From the NCBI GenBank assembly GCA_963810095.1, contig CAWEMM010000012.1:448001-512000 (forward strand): a DNA stretch of 64,000 bases, given 5' to 3'. Below are positions 1 through 9,608 of this stretch, in pieces (position 1 is the first letter of the stretch; each line of letters opens with the position of its first letter). Position numbers and translations under genes: made by a program. The notes beneath the pieces were generated by a model. It made no database searches, had not been told where the DNA came from, and worked only from the letters and a program-made list of their open reading frames with translations. The stretch comes from an uncultured Chloroflexia bacterium. Lineage in GTDB: Bacteria; Chloroflexota; Anaerolineae; CG2-30-64-16.

Positions 1-1160
1 CCAAAGAACTTGAAGATGATGAGGTCCTCGGTCCCGGTGTTCTCGACCGTGAGCGGCTTCGTGGCCGCCTCGTAAGTGACGAGCAGTTCGTCGTAGCCGA
101 ATTTCAAGCCTTCGACTTCGTGGCCGGCGTACTTGCCCTTGCCGCGCCACACGAGCACGTTGTACACGCCCTTGTCGACGCTCTGGAAAGACTGGCCCGG
201 CTTGACCACCAGCCGCTTGCCACTGAACTTCGTGGTGTTGTAATAGATCCAGCTCTCTTCGCCGCCGGGCTGCTGGGTCGCTGCGACGGGGACGGGCGGC
301 GTGTGGCGGTTCTCGTAGAAGTACGGGTCGCCGCTGATCTCCCAGTCGACCTGGTCCAGGATGGCTTGCTCGCCCTTGGTGGCCCGGTCTTCCGCGGTCA
401 CGTCCTTGAACAGGAGGTCTTTGGAGATAATCTTGCCCGCATTCAGGGCCTGGAGCATGGCGAAGACGTCCGAGTCCTCTTGCAATTCAATCGTGAGCGC
501 GGTGCCGGGTGCGTGGAGCACGCCCGAGGGCAGGTGGAAGCCTTCGCCCCGCACGTTCAGGTAGGCCCGCGAGTGCTGCAGGATCAGGTCGTCCTTCCAC
601 TCGGTCAGATACTGCAGGAGGAGGTGCTGCTTGCCTTCACGGACGATGTAGGGGTGTACGCCGAAGAACGTCTCAGGGTGGGGCCCAAGGTCGACGTCCT
701 CCGGGAAGTAATATGCTTCTTCCTTCGGGTTGCGACCCAGCTTGGCGGCGTCCTTCTTCATCTGGTGGATGTGATACGGGATGCGCGCGCCAAAGTCGTA
801 AATCTTGGCGAGGCGGCCGAGGCCCTTGTGCGTCTTAGCGTACTCGGCGCCCATCAGCAGGTCGCCGGCCGCATCGACCGCATCTTTCAGCGTCACGTCG
901 CCTGACTGGGTCAGGGTGCCGTCGATCACCAGGTGGCTCAGGCCCTCGTCCGGCGGACCGACGCGGTTGTCTGCCTTCGTCGTCGAGCCGATCCAGCGCT
1001 CGCTGATCCATCCCCGCTCGCCCACGTTGTACTCTGCCTCAGAGAGGCCGAGCCGCTTGCCGGGGGGCAGGAAGTCGCGCGCGACCCACGCCGGGGTCAT
1101 TCGCAGGATACCACAGCCCTGCTCCAGGGCTCGCTCAACGATTTCGCGTGTCTGACTCAT
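1..1160 (-). CDS. Type I phosphomannose-isomerase-like cupin protein (3' end runs off the window; missing from the ORF track)
   Basis: Manual translation from ATG at 1160 (MSQTREIVERALEQG...); the segments I read are in one frame to the window edge. Motifs KIYDFGARIPYHIHQ, KEEAYYF and GFHLPSGVLHAPGTALTIELQEDSDV parallel the PMI-I motifs K-x-x-D...Q-V-H-P, K-x-E-x-W-Y and P-A-G-x-x-H-A...E-I-Q-x-x-S-D. Confidence 0.7.
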   Translation of the reverse strand, partial: MSQTREIVERALEQGCGILRMTPAWVARDFLPPGKRLGLSEAEYNVGERGWISERWIGSTTKADNRVGPPDEGLSHLVIDGTLTQSGDVTLKDAVDAAGDLLMGAEYAKTHKGLGRLAKIYDFGARIPYHIHQMKKDAAKLGRNPKEEAYYFPEDVDLGPHPETFFGVHPYIVREGKQHLLLQYLTEWKDDLILQHSRAYLNVRGEGFHLPSGVLHAPGTALTIELQEDSDVFAMLQALNAGKIISKDLLFKDVTAEDRATKGEQAILDQVDWEISGDPYFYENRHTPPVPVAATQQPGGEESWIYYNTTKFSGKRLVVKPGQSFQSVDKGVYNVLVWRGKGKYAGHEVEGLKFGYDELLVTYEAATKPLTVENTGTEDLIIFKFF

Positions 1161-1184
1161 GCTCTTCGTCCTTTACTGCGGTTT

Positions 1185-1252
1185 CAACACAAAGGCACAA
1201 AGACACAAGGGCCCGCTGTCTCGTCTCTTGGTGTCTTGGTGTCTTTGTGTTG
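1185..1252. repeat. Palindromic intergenic repeat, family A (CACRAAGR 8-nt units facing YCTTYGTG units)
   Basis: caacacaaaggcacaaagacacaag ... cttggtgtcttggtgtctttgtgttg; related copies occur throughout the window. Confidence 0.85.
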
Positions 1253-1257
1253 TGGTC

Positions 1258-2670
1258 CTACTTACCGAGTTCCCCGAAACGGGCGTTGATCGCCAGGGCC
1301 GGGTCGATGGGCACGTTCGCGTGCGCGGTGCCCGGAGGCGTGGCGATCACCGGCGTGGGCCGAGGGCGCCGGCCCGCAAACTGCGGCAGCCACTGCGCCT
1401 CGCACTCCAGCATCTCGGTGACCATCTCGCGGGTCTCCTTCAGCGTCAGCGTGGCCGACGTGAGGGGATCCATCGCGCATGCCATGACCACCTTTTCCGG
1501 GTCGCCCGTCATGCCGGCCTCGACGGTCAGGCGCTGGACGTTGATGTTGGTCATATTGAGCGCGGCGCACTGCGAGGGCAGGTCGCCGACGATGGTCTGG
1601 TGGATGCCGGTCCGGTCGACGAACAAGGGGCCCTCGGCGCAGCAGTCGGCCGGCAGGTTCGTGATCATGCCGCGGTTGACGACGTTGCCGTTCAGGCGGA
1701 AGGTCTTGCCCGTCTCGAGCGCCTCGATAATGTAGGACCCGTATTCGACCGAGCGCTTAGGTAGGGCCGTGGGCTGGTCCCTGAGGATATCCTGGCCCTC
1801 GTACTTCGCCGCGACATGCTTGCAGAAGTTGTAGTACGCGCCCGTTTCGCCGCCGAAGCCCGGCTCGTCGCAATACAGCTCACGGGCCCGCTGGCTCGAA
1901 CGGAACCACGGCACGTATTCGGAGAGGTGGCCGGTCGACTCGGTCATGAAATAGCCGAACTGGCGGAACACCTCGCCGCGCACTTTCTCATTGATGTAGT
2001 ATTCGGGTTGCTCGAACCGCTCGCGCAGCTTGGGGTACAGGTCGGCGCCGTTGTGTGCCAGCTCGAGGAACCAGCCCATGTGATTGATGCCCGCGCACAG
2101 GAAGTCGATCTGCTCTTTCGGGACGTCCACGTAACCGGAGATCAGGTCCAGCGTCGTCTGAACGCCGTGGCAGAGCCCAACGAACTTGACGCCGGTCGTG
2201 CCGAGCGTCCAGCACATCGTGGCCATGGGGTTCACGTAGTTCAGCACGTACGCGTTGGGCGCCACTTCCTTGATGTCTTGCGCCATGCCAAGCATAGTGG
2301 GGATGGACCGGAGGGAACGGAAGATGCCGCCCGGCCCCAACGTGTCGCCGATGCACTGGTCGACGCCGTACTTGTAGGGGATTTTGTAGTCGTATTCGAA
2401 ACCCTGCACGCCGCCGACCTGGAACGTGGCAATCACATAATCCGCGCCGTCCAGGGCCGCCCGGCGGTCGGTTGTCTTCCAGACCTTAGCAGGGAGCTTG
2501 TTGTCTGCAATAACGCGCTTGGCGAACCCCTCGACCATTGCCGTGCGATTGGTCGACGGCGCCATGAGCGCAAATTCCGTGCCTTCGAGTCCCGGCGTAC
2601 CCAGGATATCCAGCATCAGCGTCTGGCAGAACACGATGCTGCCCGCGCCGATAATCGCAACCTTCGCCAT
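1258..2670 (-). CDS. melA: Glycoside hydrolase family 4, alpha-galactosidase-like (NAD+/Mn-dependent)
   Basis: KVAIIGAGS Rossmann start, GDTLGPGG, NYVNP, GLCHGV, AGINH, TESTGHLSEY; GGAGG RBS before ATG at 2670. Confidence 0.88.
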   Translation of the reverse strand: MAKVAIIGAGSIVFCQTLMLDILGTPGLEGTEFALMAPSTNRTAMVEGFAKRVIADNKLPAKVWKTTDRRAALDGADYVIATFQVGGVQGFEYDYKIPYKYGVDQCIGDTLGPGGIFRSLRSIPTMLGMAQDIKEVAPNAYVLNYVNPMATMCWTLGTTGVKFVGLCHGVQTTLDLISGYVDVPKEQIDFLCAGINHMGWFLELAHNGADLYPKLRERFEQPEYYINEKVRGEVFRQFGYFMTESTGHLSEYVPWFRSSQRARELYCDEPGFGGETGAYYNFCKHVAAKYEGQDILRDQPTALPKRSVEYGSYIIEALETGKTFRLNGNVVNRGMITNLPADCCAEGPLFVDRTGIHQTIVGDLPSQCAALNMTNINVQRLTVEAGMTGDPEKVVMACAMDPLTSATLTLKETREMVTEMLECEAQWLPQFAGRRPRPTPVIATPPGTAHANVPIDPALAINARFGELGK

Positions 2671-2864
2671 TCCATACCTCCATGCGCTGCCGGGCGCCAT
2701 CCTGGCGCACAAAAGGCCAGCACGCGATGATGGTTCGTGTGCTGGCCTTGCAGATGCTGACTAGGTTCGTCTGCCGCCAGATCACGCCCGGCGTGGAGTT
2801 AGTCGGGCAACACGGGAACGGCTCACGTTCAGGGCGACCGTCGTCGTGTCGCTCGGGTCTAGAG

Positions 2865-2901
2865 CGTCTGCAGGCCGCCGTTCAGCGGCGGCCTGCAGAC
2901 G
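2865..2901 (-). terminator. 16-bp perfect stem-loop after the substrate-binding protein gene (mRNA stabiliser or terminator)
   Basis: cgtctgcaggccgccg-ttcag-cggcggcctgcagacg, 8 nt past the stop codon; no U-tract. Confidence 0.6.
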
Positions 2902-2909
2902 TGAACGAA

Positions 2910-4082
2910 CTACTTCTGGGTCTTCATGTACTCGGCGAGCTTCGCATCGAAGTCCGCGAACATCTGCTGGTTCGCCTTGTACTGCTCTTCGTAGTAGCCC
3001 AGGTCGTACTTGAACTGGTTGGCCGCCCGGCCCTTCATGTAGTTGGCCGTGTTCCACGGCAGGGCCTGGTCAAGGTTGTCCTTCGTGATGACGGCGAAGG
3101 GCTTGATCTGCAGGTACTTCTCGAACGGTTCGCCCTTGAAGTACCGGACGATTTGCTGGACGCTCAGGTCGGCATTCAGAGAGGGCGGGTTCGGGACAGA
3201 GGCCATTTCCTTGCCCTGCTTCATCCAGTCCCACTCTTCTTCCTTGCCGTTGACGCTGACGACGACCTTGTCCTTGACACCGAGTTCGTCAAAGACCTGG
3301 AGGATGCCGCGGACGGTCTCGCCGTTGGCGCCGAAGATGACCTTGAAGTCCTCGCCGGAAGCGATGAGGTCCTGGGCGATCGGGATCGCCTTGTCGCTCT
3401 GCCACTCAGAGCTCTTCAGCACCTTGCACTCCTCGTTGCCGCCTTCCTTCAGACCGAGGTTGAAGCCGACGATCTGGCCTTCGGCAGTGCCCTGGCCGAG
3501 GAAGCCCGGGATCTGCACGCACTTGGTCTTCGGGTAGTTCTTGGCAACCCACTGGCCGAGCTGGTAGCCCAGGATGACGAAGTTGTCGGTAACGTGCCCG
3601 GTCAGGTCGGTGCCAGCGGCAACTTCGGGCTTGCCTGCGATGAAGAAGATCGGCACTTTGGCGTCGGAGGCGGCCTTGATGGAGGCCGCGCTACCGGCGG
3701 CGCCGGCGGTGATGACGGCGATGGCGTCGACGCCCTTCGCGATCAGGTCCTGGACGTTCGCCAGTTCCTTCTCGGGCTTGTAGTCCGAGTTCAGCTCGAC
3801 AACGTTCATGCCGTAGCTCTGGGCGATGGCCTTGAGGGCATCACCGAACTGGGCATAGTAGTCGTCGGGGCCGGCATTGATGAAGCCGATGGTCTTCCCT
3901 TTAACGGGATCTGCAGCGGCGGCCGGGGCAGTCGTGGGCGCTGCCGCAGGGGCTTCCGTTGCTGCGGCCGGGGCCGCAGGTGCTTGGGTCGCTGCAGCCG
4001 GCGCCGCAGGAGCCGGGGCGCTACAGCCGACGACTCCCAGAAGCACGACAACGACCAGGACGATGGAGACGACCTTGTTCAT
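2910..4082 (-). CDS. Sugar ABC transporter substrate-binding lipoprotein (RbsB-like)
   Basis: Lipobox VVGC, Ala/Pro linker, periplasmic-binding-protein type I pattern (QDLIAKGVDAI); AAGGAGG RBS before ATG at 4082. Confidence 0.92.
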   Translation of the reverse strand: MNKVVSIVLVVVVLLGVVGCSAPAPAAPAAATQAPAAPAAATEAPAAAPTTAPAAAADPVKGKTIGFINAGPDDYYAQFGDALKAIAQSYGMNVVELNSDYKPEKELANVQDLIAKGVDAIAVITAGAAGSAASIKAASDAKVPIFFIAGKPEVAAGTDLTGHVTDNFVILGYQLGQWVAKNYPKTKCVQIPGFLGQGTAEGQIVGFNLGLKEGGNEECKVLKSSEWQSDKAIPIAQDLIASGEDFKVIFGANGETVRGILQVFDELGVKDKVVVSVNGKEEEWDWMKQGKEMASVPNPPSLNADLSVQQIVRYFKGEPFEKYLQIKPFAVITKDNLDQALPWNTANYMKGRAANQFKYDLGYYEEQYKANQQMFADFDAKLAEYMKTQK

Positions 4083-4122
4083 TGACCTTTCCTCCTTATG
4101 GTCTTGGTGCACGGTTGAGTGT

Positions 4123-5184
4123 CTACGCCCGCACCGAGGCGTTTTCTACCTCAGCAGCCGCTTCCTTTCGTGCCGTGACAGTCACGGACGAGGTGCGGAG
4201 GCCGCTAAAATAGCTAAGTAGGACGGCGACCAGGATCAGGACGCCGCGCATGATGTACTGCCAGTGTGGGCTGACGCCCAGGATGTTGAGCGCGTTGGAG
4301 ATGACGCCGAGGAGGAGCACGCCGATCATGGTGCCCCAGACATTGCCCTTCCCACCGCTCAACGCCACGCCGCCCACGACAACTGCAGCGATCACGTCGA
4401 TTTCTTTGCCCTGGCCCATTAAGGGCCCGCCCACGCCGGTCCTTGACATCAGCGCCAGCGTGGCGATGGCAACAAAGAGGCCGTTCAGCCCGTACAACAG
4501 GAGCTTGAAGTTCTTGACATTGATGCCCGCGAGATAAGCCGCATTTTCATTGCCGCCCACCGCGTAGACGCGCCGGCCGAACTTGGTATACTTCAAAGCC
4601 AGCCACACGATAAAGGTCAGCATGATGAGCAGGAACACCGGCAGGCCGATCCGAAAGTCCCCGACATTCAAGTAGGTCTGGCCGATGAAGGTGAACCTGT
4701 CCGTGATCGTGATCTCGCGACCGTTGGTGATGAGGTAGGTGAAGCCGGTGTAGATGGTCATAAACGCCAGCGACACGATGAACGGTTCTAGTTTTGTGCG
4801 CGAGATGATCAGGCCCATGAGCAGCTGGAAACCGATCGCCACCGCCACGGCCGTCAACACCATGCCAGGCTCGCTGAAGCCGGCGTTGCGGAGGAGATAG
4901 GCCGCTCCGGTGCCGATAAAGCACATCATCTGGCCGACCGACAAGTCGATGCCGCCCGAGATCATGATCAGTGTCATGCCGAGCGCAAGGATGCCCGTCG
5001 TGGAGACCTGCAAGAGGACGTTGGAGATATTCATCGGCTTGACGAACGCCACTTTGCCCAAGTTGCCGTCGCGCACGATGAAGAGTTCCACAAAAAAGAC
5101 GACGACGAGGATGACCACGAGCACGAGCAGAGTCGGCGTGTTCTCCTGCCTTGTGAAGCGTTGCAGACGGTTGCTGGTCCTCAT
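4123..5184 (-). CDS. Sugar ABC transporter permease (RbsC-like)
   Basis: GGIDLSVG, FGRRVYAVGGN, IAAVVVGG..L.GG.G motifs; multiple hydrophobic segments. Confidence 0.95.
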   Translation of the reverse strand: MRTSNRLQRFTRQENTPTLLVLVVILVVVFFVELFIVRDGNLGKVAFVKPMNISNVLLQVSTTGILALGMTLIMISGGIDLSVGQMMCFIGTGAAYLLRNAGFSEPGMVLTAVAVAIGFQLLMGLIISRTKLEPFIVSLAFMTIYTGFTYLITNGREITITDRFTFIGQTYLNVGDFRIGLPVFLLIMLTFIVWLALKYTKFGRRVYAVGGNENAAYLAGINVKNFKLLLYGLNGLFVAIATLALMSRTGVGGPLMGQGKEIDVIAAVVVGGVALSGGKGNVWGTMIGVLLLGVISNALNILGVSPHWQYIMRGVLILVAVLLSYFSGLRTSSVTVTARKEAAAEVENASVRA

Positions 5185-6668
5185 TGCACAGTCCCTCCGA
5201 TGGAGTACTTCAGAATGTTCTCCTCGCTGATTTCGTCCTTTTGAACCTCGGCCACGATCCGGCCGTTTCGCATCACCATGATCCGGTCGCTCATCGACAC
5301 GAGTTCTGGCATGTCGGACGAAATCATAATGATCGCCTTGCCCTGCTTGAGCAGGTCGACCATCACCTTGTAGATCTCTTCTTTCGCGCCGACGTCAATG
5401 CCGCGGGTGGGTTCGTCGAAGATGAAGATCTCGGCGCGGGTCGCGAACCACTTAGCCAGGACCACTTTCTGTTGGTTTCCGCCCGAGAGGAACATGACCT
5501 GCTGGAAGATGCCGGGCGTGACGATACGCAGCGTGTCTACGAACCGCCGGGTGGTCTTGACATCGTCTGCCGGCACGGCCAGTGGGGTCTTTGACTGCGA
5601 GTAGCTGGCGATCGGGACATTCTTGTCCAGGCCGTGCTTGAGAAAGAGCCCCGTGCTCTGGCGGTCCTCGGTGATGTAGCACATGCCGTTGAGGATGGCC
5701 GAGAGCGGCGAATTGATCCGGACCTGCTTGCCCTGGACGAAGAACTGGCCGGTGGTCGCCTGCTTTACCCCGAACAGCAGGTCGGCCAGCTCGGTGCGCC
5801 CCGAACCGACCATGCCCGCAATCCCGAGGATTTCGCCCCTGCGCACCTGCAGGGACGCGCTTTCCACGCCCGGTCCACTGACGTTGCGCGCCTCAAAGGC
5901 CAGGTCGCCGACCGCGACCGCCTCCCGTTTATAGAAGAGGGACACGTCGCGTCCAACCATGTCGTGAATCAGGGCCCGCTCGGTGAGTTCAGCCGCAGAG
6001 TAGGTGCTGATCTTCTGACCATCCCGGAGCACGGTCACCCGGTCCGCGATCTTGAAGACCTCTTCGAGGTGATGTGAAATGTAGATGACGCTCATCCCGT
6101 TTTCGGCCAGCTTCTTGATGATGCTCAGCAGGTGCTCGATCTCGGTCTGGCTGAAAGAGGCAGTGGGTTCGTCGAGGATAATGACTTTGGAGTCCTGGAC
6201 CAGCCCCTTGGCGATCTCGACGGTCTTCTGACCGCCGCTGCCCAGCTGGCCCACGATGTCGTACGGTGAGATGTCTGAATGAAGGTACTCGAGGACTTCG
6301 CGCGCCTTTGCGACCATTTGGGCTCGATTGATGACGATCCCGTTGGTGATCTCCCGGCCGGTGTAGAGATTCTCGACGACTTCCAGTAAGGGAAAGAGCG
6401 TATGCTCCTGGTAGATCGTCTGGATGCCCATCTCCATGGCCGAGTGGGGCGTCAGAGTCACCTTCTTGCCGGCGAAGTAGATGTCGCCCCGGTCGGGCGT
6501 GTACACGCCGGAGAGCATCTTGATGAGAGTTGACTTGCCCGCGCCGTTCTCGCCACAAATGCAGTGTATCTCGCCCTTCCGCAGGTCAAAGTTAAAGTCC
6601 TCAAAGACTTTGACCCCCGGAAATGACTTGCTTATGCCCTTCATCTCAAGGATCAGTTCATCGGGCAT
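5181..6668 (-). CDS. Sugar ABC transporter ATP-binding protein (RbsA/MglA-like, two domains)
   Basis: GENGAGKST, LDEPT, LSGGNQQK, DEPTRGIDVGAK; 4-nt overlap with the permease. Confidence 0.96.
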   Translation of the reverse strand: MPDELILEMKGISKSFPGVKVFEDFNFDLRKGEIHCICGENGAGKSTLIKMLSGVYTPDRGDIYFAGKKVTLTPHSAMEMGIQTIYQEHTLFPLLEVVENLYTGREITNGIVINRAQMVAKAREVLEYLHSDISPYDIVGQLGSGGQKTVEIAKGLVQDSKVIILDEPTASFSQTEIEHLLSIIKKLAENGMSVIYISHHLEEVFKIADRVTVLRDGQKISTYSAAELTERALIHDMVGRDVSLFYKREAVAVGDLAFEARNVSGPGVESASLQVRRGEILGIAGMVGSGRTELADLLFGVKQATTGQFFVQGKQVRINSPLSAILNGMCYITEDRQSTGLFLKHGLDKNVPIASYSQSKTPLAVPADDVKTTRRFVDTLRIVTPGIFQQVMFLSGGNQQKVVLAKWFATRAEIFIFDEPTRGIDVGAKEEIYKVMVDLLKQGKAIIMISSDMPELVSMSDRIMVMRNGRIVAEVQKDEISEENILKYSIGGTVQ

Positions 6669-6774
6669 AACGGACCTCCTACGCCTTCATAGCAGACTTG
6701 CGCTCCGGCAGCAGCGAGCGGGGCGCCACGGTTTCCGCTGAACTCTGGCCTGGCTCAACCCTCAGATTGGCGCC

Positions 6775-7800
6775 TTACGGCGCGGATTCGCGCACGACGA
6801 TGCTGGGCTCCAGCACCATTTTGTGAACTGCTTCGTTTTCCCCATCGATCATGCCAAGCAGCATCTTGGACCCTAAGATGCACATGGTCTGCACCGGCTG
6901 ACTGATCGTCGTCAGCGTGGGCCGGACGATGCTGGCCACGGGGATGTCGTCATACCCAATCACTGCGATATCGGCCGGCACCCGCACCCGCAGCTCGTAG
7001 AGCTTCTTAAGCACGCCGAGCGCCATCTGGTCCGTCGAAACAAAGATCCCCCGCGGCTTGCCCTGGGTCAAGACCTCGCCTGCGCCGATGTAGCCCTGGC
7101 GAATCTTGTCGTACTCCCCCGTGCTCTCGGCAATGTAGACGGTCGGACAATGAAGGTGAAACTCCTCCATGGCCTTAGTGAACCCCTCCATCCGGTGCCG
7201 CAGCGCCAGGTTATAGAGCGGTTCGGTGATGTAGGCGATTTCGGAGACGCCGAGGGACACGAAGTGCTGAACGGCAAGAAAACTGCCCTTGACGTTGTTC
7301 ATGAGGACGCACACGGTGTCGGTCGCCGCCTCGTTCAGGTCGTCGTCTAGTACGACGTATGGCACATTGTAACGGTCGAGCTTCTGGATGCACTCCCGGT
7401 TCGTTAACCCGTAGCCGATGACGACGCCCGCCGCCTTGTTCTGGATAAGCGACGTGATGTACCAGTCTTCCAGCTGCGGGTCATGGAGCGCGCTGCAGAC
7501 AAAGAAGAAATAACCATGCTGCCGAGCAATGCTCTCGGTGTGCTTGATCATCTCGTTGTAGTAGCTGTTCGTCACGTCCGGAACGATCAGTCCTACGGTA
7601 TTGGACTTGCTCATTCTAAAGTTCCGCGCCACCAGGTTCGGGATGTATCCCAACTGGTCGGCTGTGTCGAGAACCCGCTGTCGCACTGGCTCCGACACCT
7701 CGCCCCGGTCATTGAGAACGTATGAGACGGTGGCTTGCGTGACGCCTGCCACTTTCGCGATGTCCTGCATGGTGGGGGACTTCGTCGTTCTGCGTCTCAT
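6775..7800 (-). CDS. LacI-family transcriptional regulator
   Basis: TMQDIAKVAGVTQATVSYVLN HTH, VPADIAVIGYDD, PTLTTI, VVRES. Confidence 0.96.
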   Translation of the reverse strand: MRRRTTKSPTMQDIAKVAGVTQATVSYVLNDRGEVSEPVRQRVLDTADQLGYIPNLVARNFRMSKSNTVGLIVPDVTNSYYNEMIKHTESIARQHGYFFFVCSALHDPQLEDWYITSLIQNKAAGVVIGYGLTNRECIQKLDRYNVPYVVLDDDLNEAATDTVCVLMNNVKGSFLAVQHFVSLGVSEIAYITEPLYNLALRHRMEGFTKAMEEFHLHCPTVYIAESTGEYDKIRQGYIGAGEVLTQGKPRGIFVSTDQMALGVLKKLYELRVRVPADIAVIGYDDIPVASIVRPTLTTISQPVQTMCILGSKMLLGMIDGENEAVHKMVLEPSIVVRESAP

Positions 7801-7849
7801 TGGATCTCGTCGATGCCAGTCTGAGCGAGTGCAAGTTTGCTTGTGGGAC

Positions 7850-7883
7850 TTATGCGATTTGTAGAAGTAACTTATACGATTAA
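7850..7883. promoter_or_regulatory. Candidate LacI-type operators (two CG-centred sites) just downstream of the promoter
   Basis: ttatgcgatttg (7850-7861) and ttatacgattaa (7872-7883); a third LacI-like site tgtaaccggtttcc lies at 7937-7950. Confidence 0.55.
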
Positions 7884-7892
7884 CTTGTCGAC

Positions 7893-7922
7893 ATTATGAC
7901 ACGCCTTCCCAACGCTTGTCAA
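7893..7922 (-). promoter_or_regulatory. Sigma-70-type promoter for the LacI/sugar ABC operon
   Basis: Minus strand TTGACA-N18-CATAAT with an extended TG motif. Confidence 0.7.
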
Positions 7923-8046
7923 ATCGGAGAAAACGATGTAACCGGTTTCCTTCTGACCGAACGAAACGCAACACGCGGTTGCCATGTAGGGCGAGCTTGA
8001 GCTCGCAAGTGCAGCAAGTCCTTTCCATTCTCCGACTAGACGGTCG

Positions 8047-8172
8047 CCCCGCTGCGCTGGACAACGAGGGACGAAATAGGACACTGATTGAACTGATGCG
8101 ACTGGTTATCACGATCTCTCTCCCGCAGGACAGTGCAGATCAGTTCAATCAGTTCAATCAGTGTCCCATTTC
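8047..8172. repeat. MITE-like palindromic repeat, family B, copy 1
   Basis: Inverted ends gaaataggacactgattgaactgat / atcagttcaatcagtgtcccatttc; closely similar copy at 44036-44160. Confidence 0.85.
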
Positions 8173-8180
8173 AGATCAGT

Positions 8181-9209
8181 TTAGGGGTGCTCCTGCAGAA
8201 ACGCCTCGACCTCGACAGATGTGGGCAAGGCTGGGATAACTCCCTGGCGGGTGGCCGTGATGGCGCCGACCACGTTCGCGTAGCGCAGGATCTCGGGCAG
8301 CAACTCGGCAGTAGCACCCCCCGAGCCTTCTTCGGCAAGGACCATCTCGGGCCGGTCACGCACCAACTGCCAAAGCAGGCCCGCAATAAACGAATCGCCG
8401 CAGCCGGTGGCGTCGACCGTATGCACCGGGAAGCCGGGAACACATCCCCAGGCGGTCCGGGTGTTGAACATCGCGCCGTGTGGCCCTAGCGTCACGATGA
8501 TCAGCGTGGGACCCAGCGACAGCAGCCCTTGCGCGGCCGCTGCGACGCGCTCCTGCCAGCCCTCGGCGCCGAGTCCCAATGCCTTGCCCGAAAGCAGCGC
8601 GAGCTCACCCTCGTTGACCTTCAGTACGTTCGCCAGGGGAATGGCCGCCTCCACCTGGGCAAGCGCTTCGCCGGCGCTGCGCCAGAGCGTGGGCCGGTAA
8701 TTCACGTCGAACGATACCAGCCCGCCGGCTTCCCGCACGAGACGAGCCGCTTCGAAGGCCGCGCTCCGCGAGGGCTCATCCGTCAGGCTGAGTGAGCCAA
8801 AATGAAACGCACGCGTCGCACGGAGCATCCCGGTGTCGAGCTCGTCGGGCCGCAGCAATGTGTCGGCGCCGGGATTGCGGTAGAACAGGCACTCGTAACT
8901 GTGCGCGTCGGGCTGCGCCATCACGTTCATCGTCGTGCGGGCATCAGGATCGATCCGCATCGCGCTCGTATCGACCCCTTCTCGCCGCATCACGTCGAGC
9001 AGCCAGTGGCCGAACGGATCGTCGCCGACCTTGCCTATAAAGGCCGTGTCCGCGCCCAGCCGCCGCGCGGCCACGGCCACGTTGGCGGGCCCGCCGCCCG
9101 GGGCCTTGCGGAACGCCGTCACTTCGGCATGGCTCTTGCCCAGCTCGACGGGAAACATGTCGACGAGCAACTCACCGAGGCAAACAAGATGCAACTGCCG
9201 GCTCCGCAT
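8181..9209 (-). CDS. PfkB-family carbohydrate kinase (fructokinase-like)
   Basis: PGGGPANVAV, GKVGDDPFG, FDVNYR, VDATGCGDSF. Confidence 0.95.
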   Translation of the reverse strand: MRSRQLHLVCLGELLVDMFPVELGKSHAEVTAFRKAPGGGPANVAVAARRLGADTAFIGKVGDDPFGHWLLDVMRREGVDTSAMRIDPDARTTMNVMAQPDAHSYECLFYRNPGADTLLRPDELDTGMLRATRAFHFGSLSLTDEPSRSAAFEAARLVREAGGLVSFDVNYRPTLWRSAGEALAQVEAAIPLANVLKVNEGELALLSGKALGLGAEGWQERVAAAAQGLLSLGPTLIIVTLGPHGAMFNTRTAWGCVPGFPVHTVDATGCGDSFIAGLLWQLVRDRPEMVLAEEGSGGATAELLPEILRYANVVGAITATRQGVIPALPTSVEVEAFLQEHP

Positions 9210-9327
9210 GACAGACTCCTTACCTGGTCAACTCGCTTGGCGAAGTAGCTCGTGGATCCATTGTCTTCGGGCACCGTGCTGGCGCCGGCCATGACGGCCA
9301 AGGCAACCAGGGCCGGCCAATGGTGAC

Positions 9328-9357
9328 ATCATGACACTTCCCTCGGACCGCTGTCAA
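9328..9357 (-). promoter_or_regulatory. Sigma-70-type promoter for the pfkB-like gene
   Basis: Minus strand TTGACA-N18-CATGAT with extended TG; same architecture as 7893-7922. Confidence 0.55.
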
Positions 9358-9424
9358 ATCTGCAACTCCTGAGAACGCATAAAACAATTTAATATTCATG
9401 GTCGAGTTGAAGGCACGTAACCTA

Positions 9425-9452
9425 TTGACACGGTCGGCATTTCTGATAACAT
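9425..9452 (+). promoter_or_regulatory. Sigma-70-type promoter for the Asp-box protein gene
   Basis: TTGACA-N16-TAACAT with extended TG. Confidence 0.5.
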
Positions 9453-9608
9453 GGGCGTGTTTCTATCGGAACTCTCTACATCGCAGCTTCCTCGATGGCA
9501 TTTCGGTTGCGGCCGGTTTGCAGGTTTGGCCAGAGAAAGGAGGCTGTCCTCGCCAGTTCGTTCCTTCGTGTTCGCCAGCTCATTCCTTAACTGAGGGAGT
9601 AAATCGCG

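Noticed and set aside
120-4085. Long plus-strand ORFs (120-905, 1816-2730, 2682-4085) and similar antisense ORFs elsewhere (for example 14142-15227, 37340-38641, 56682-58220)
   Set aside because: They are shadow frames opposite well-supported genes, as expected in high-GC DNA, and have no recognisable motifs.
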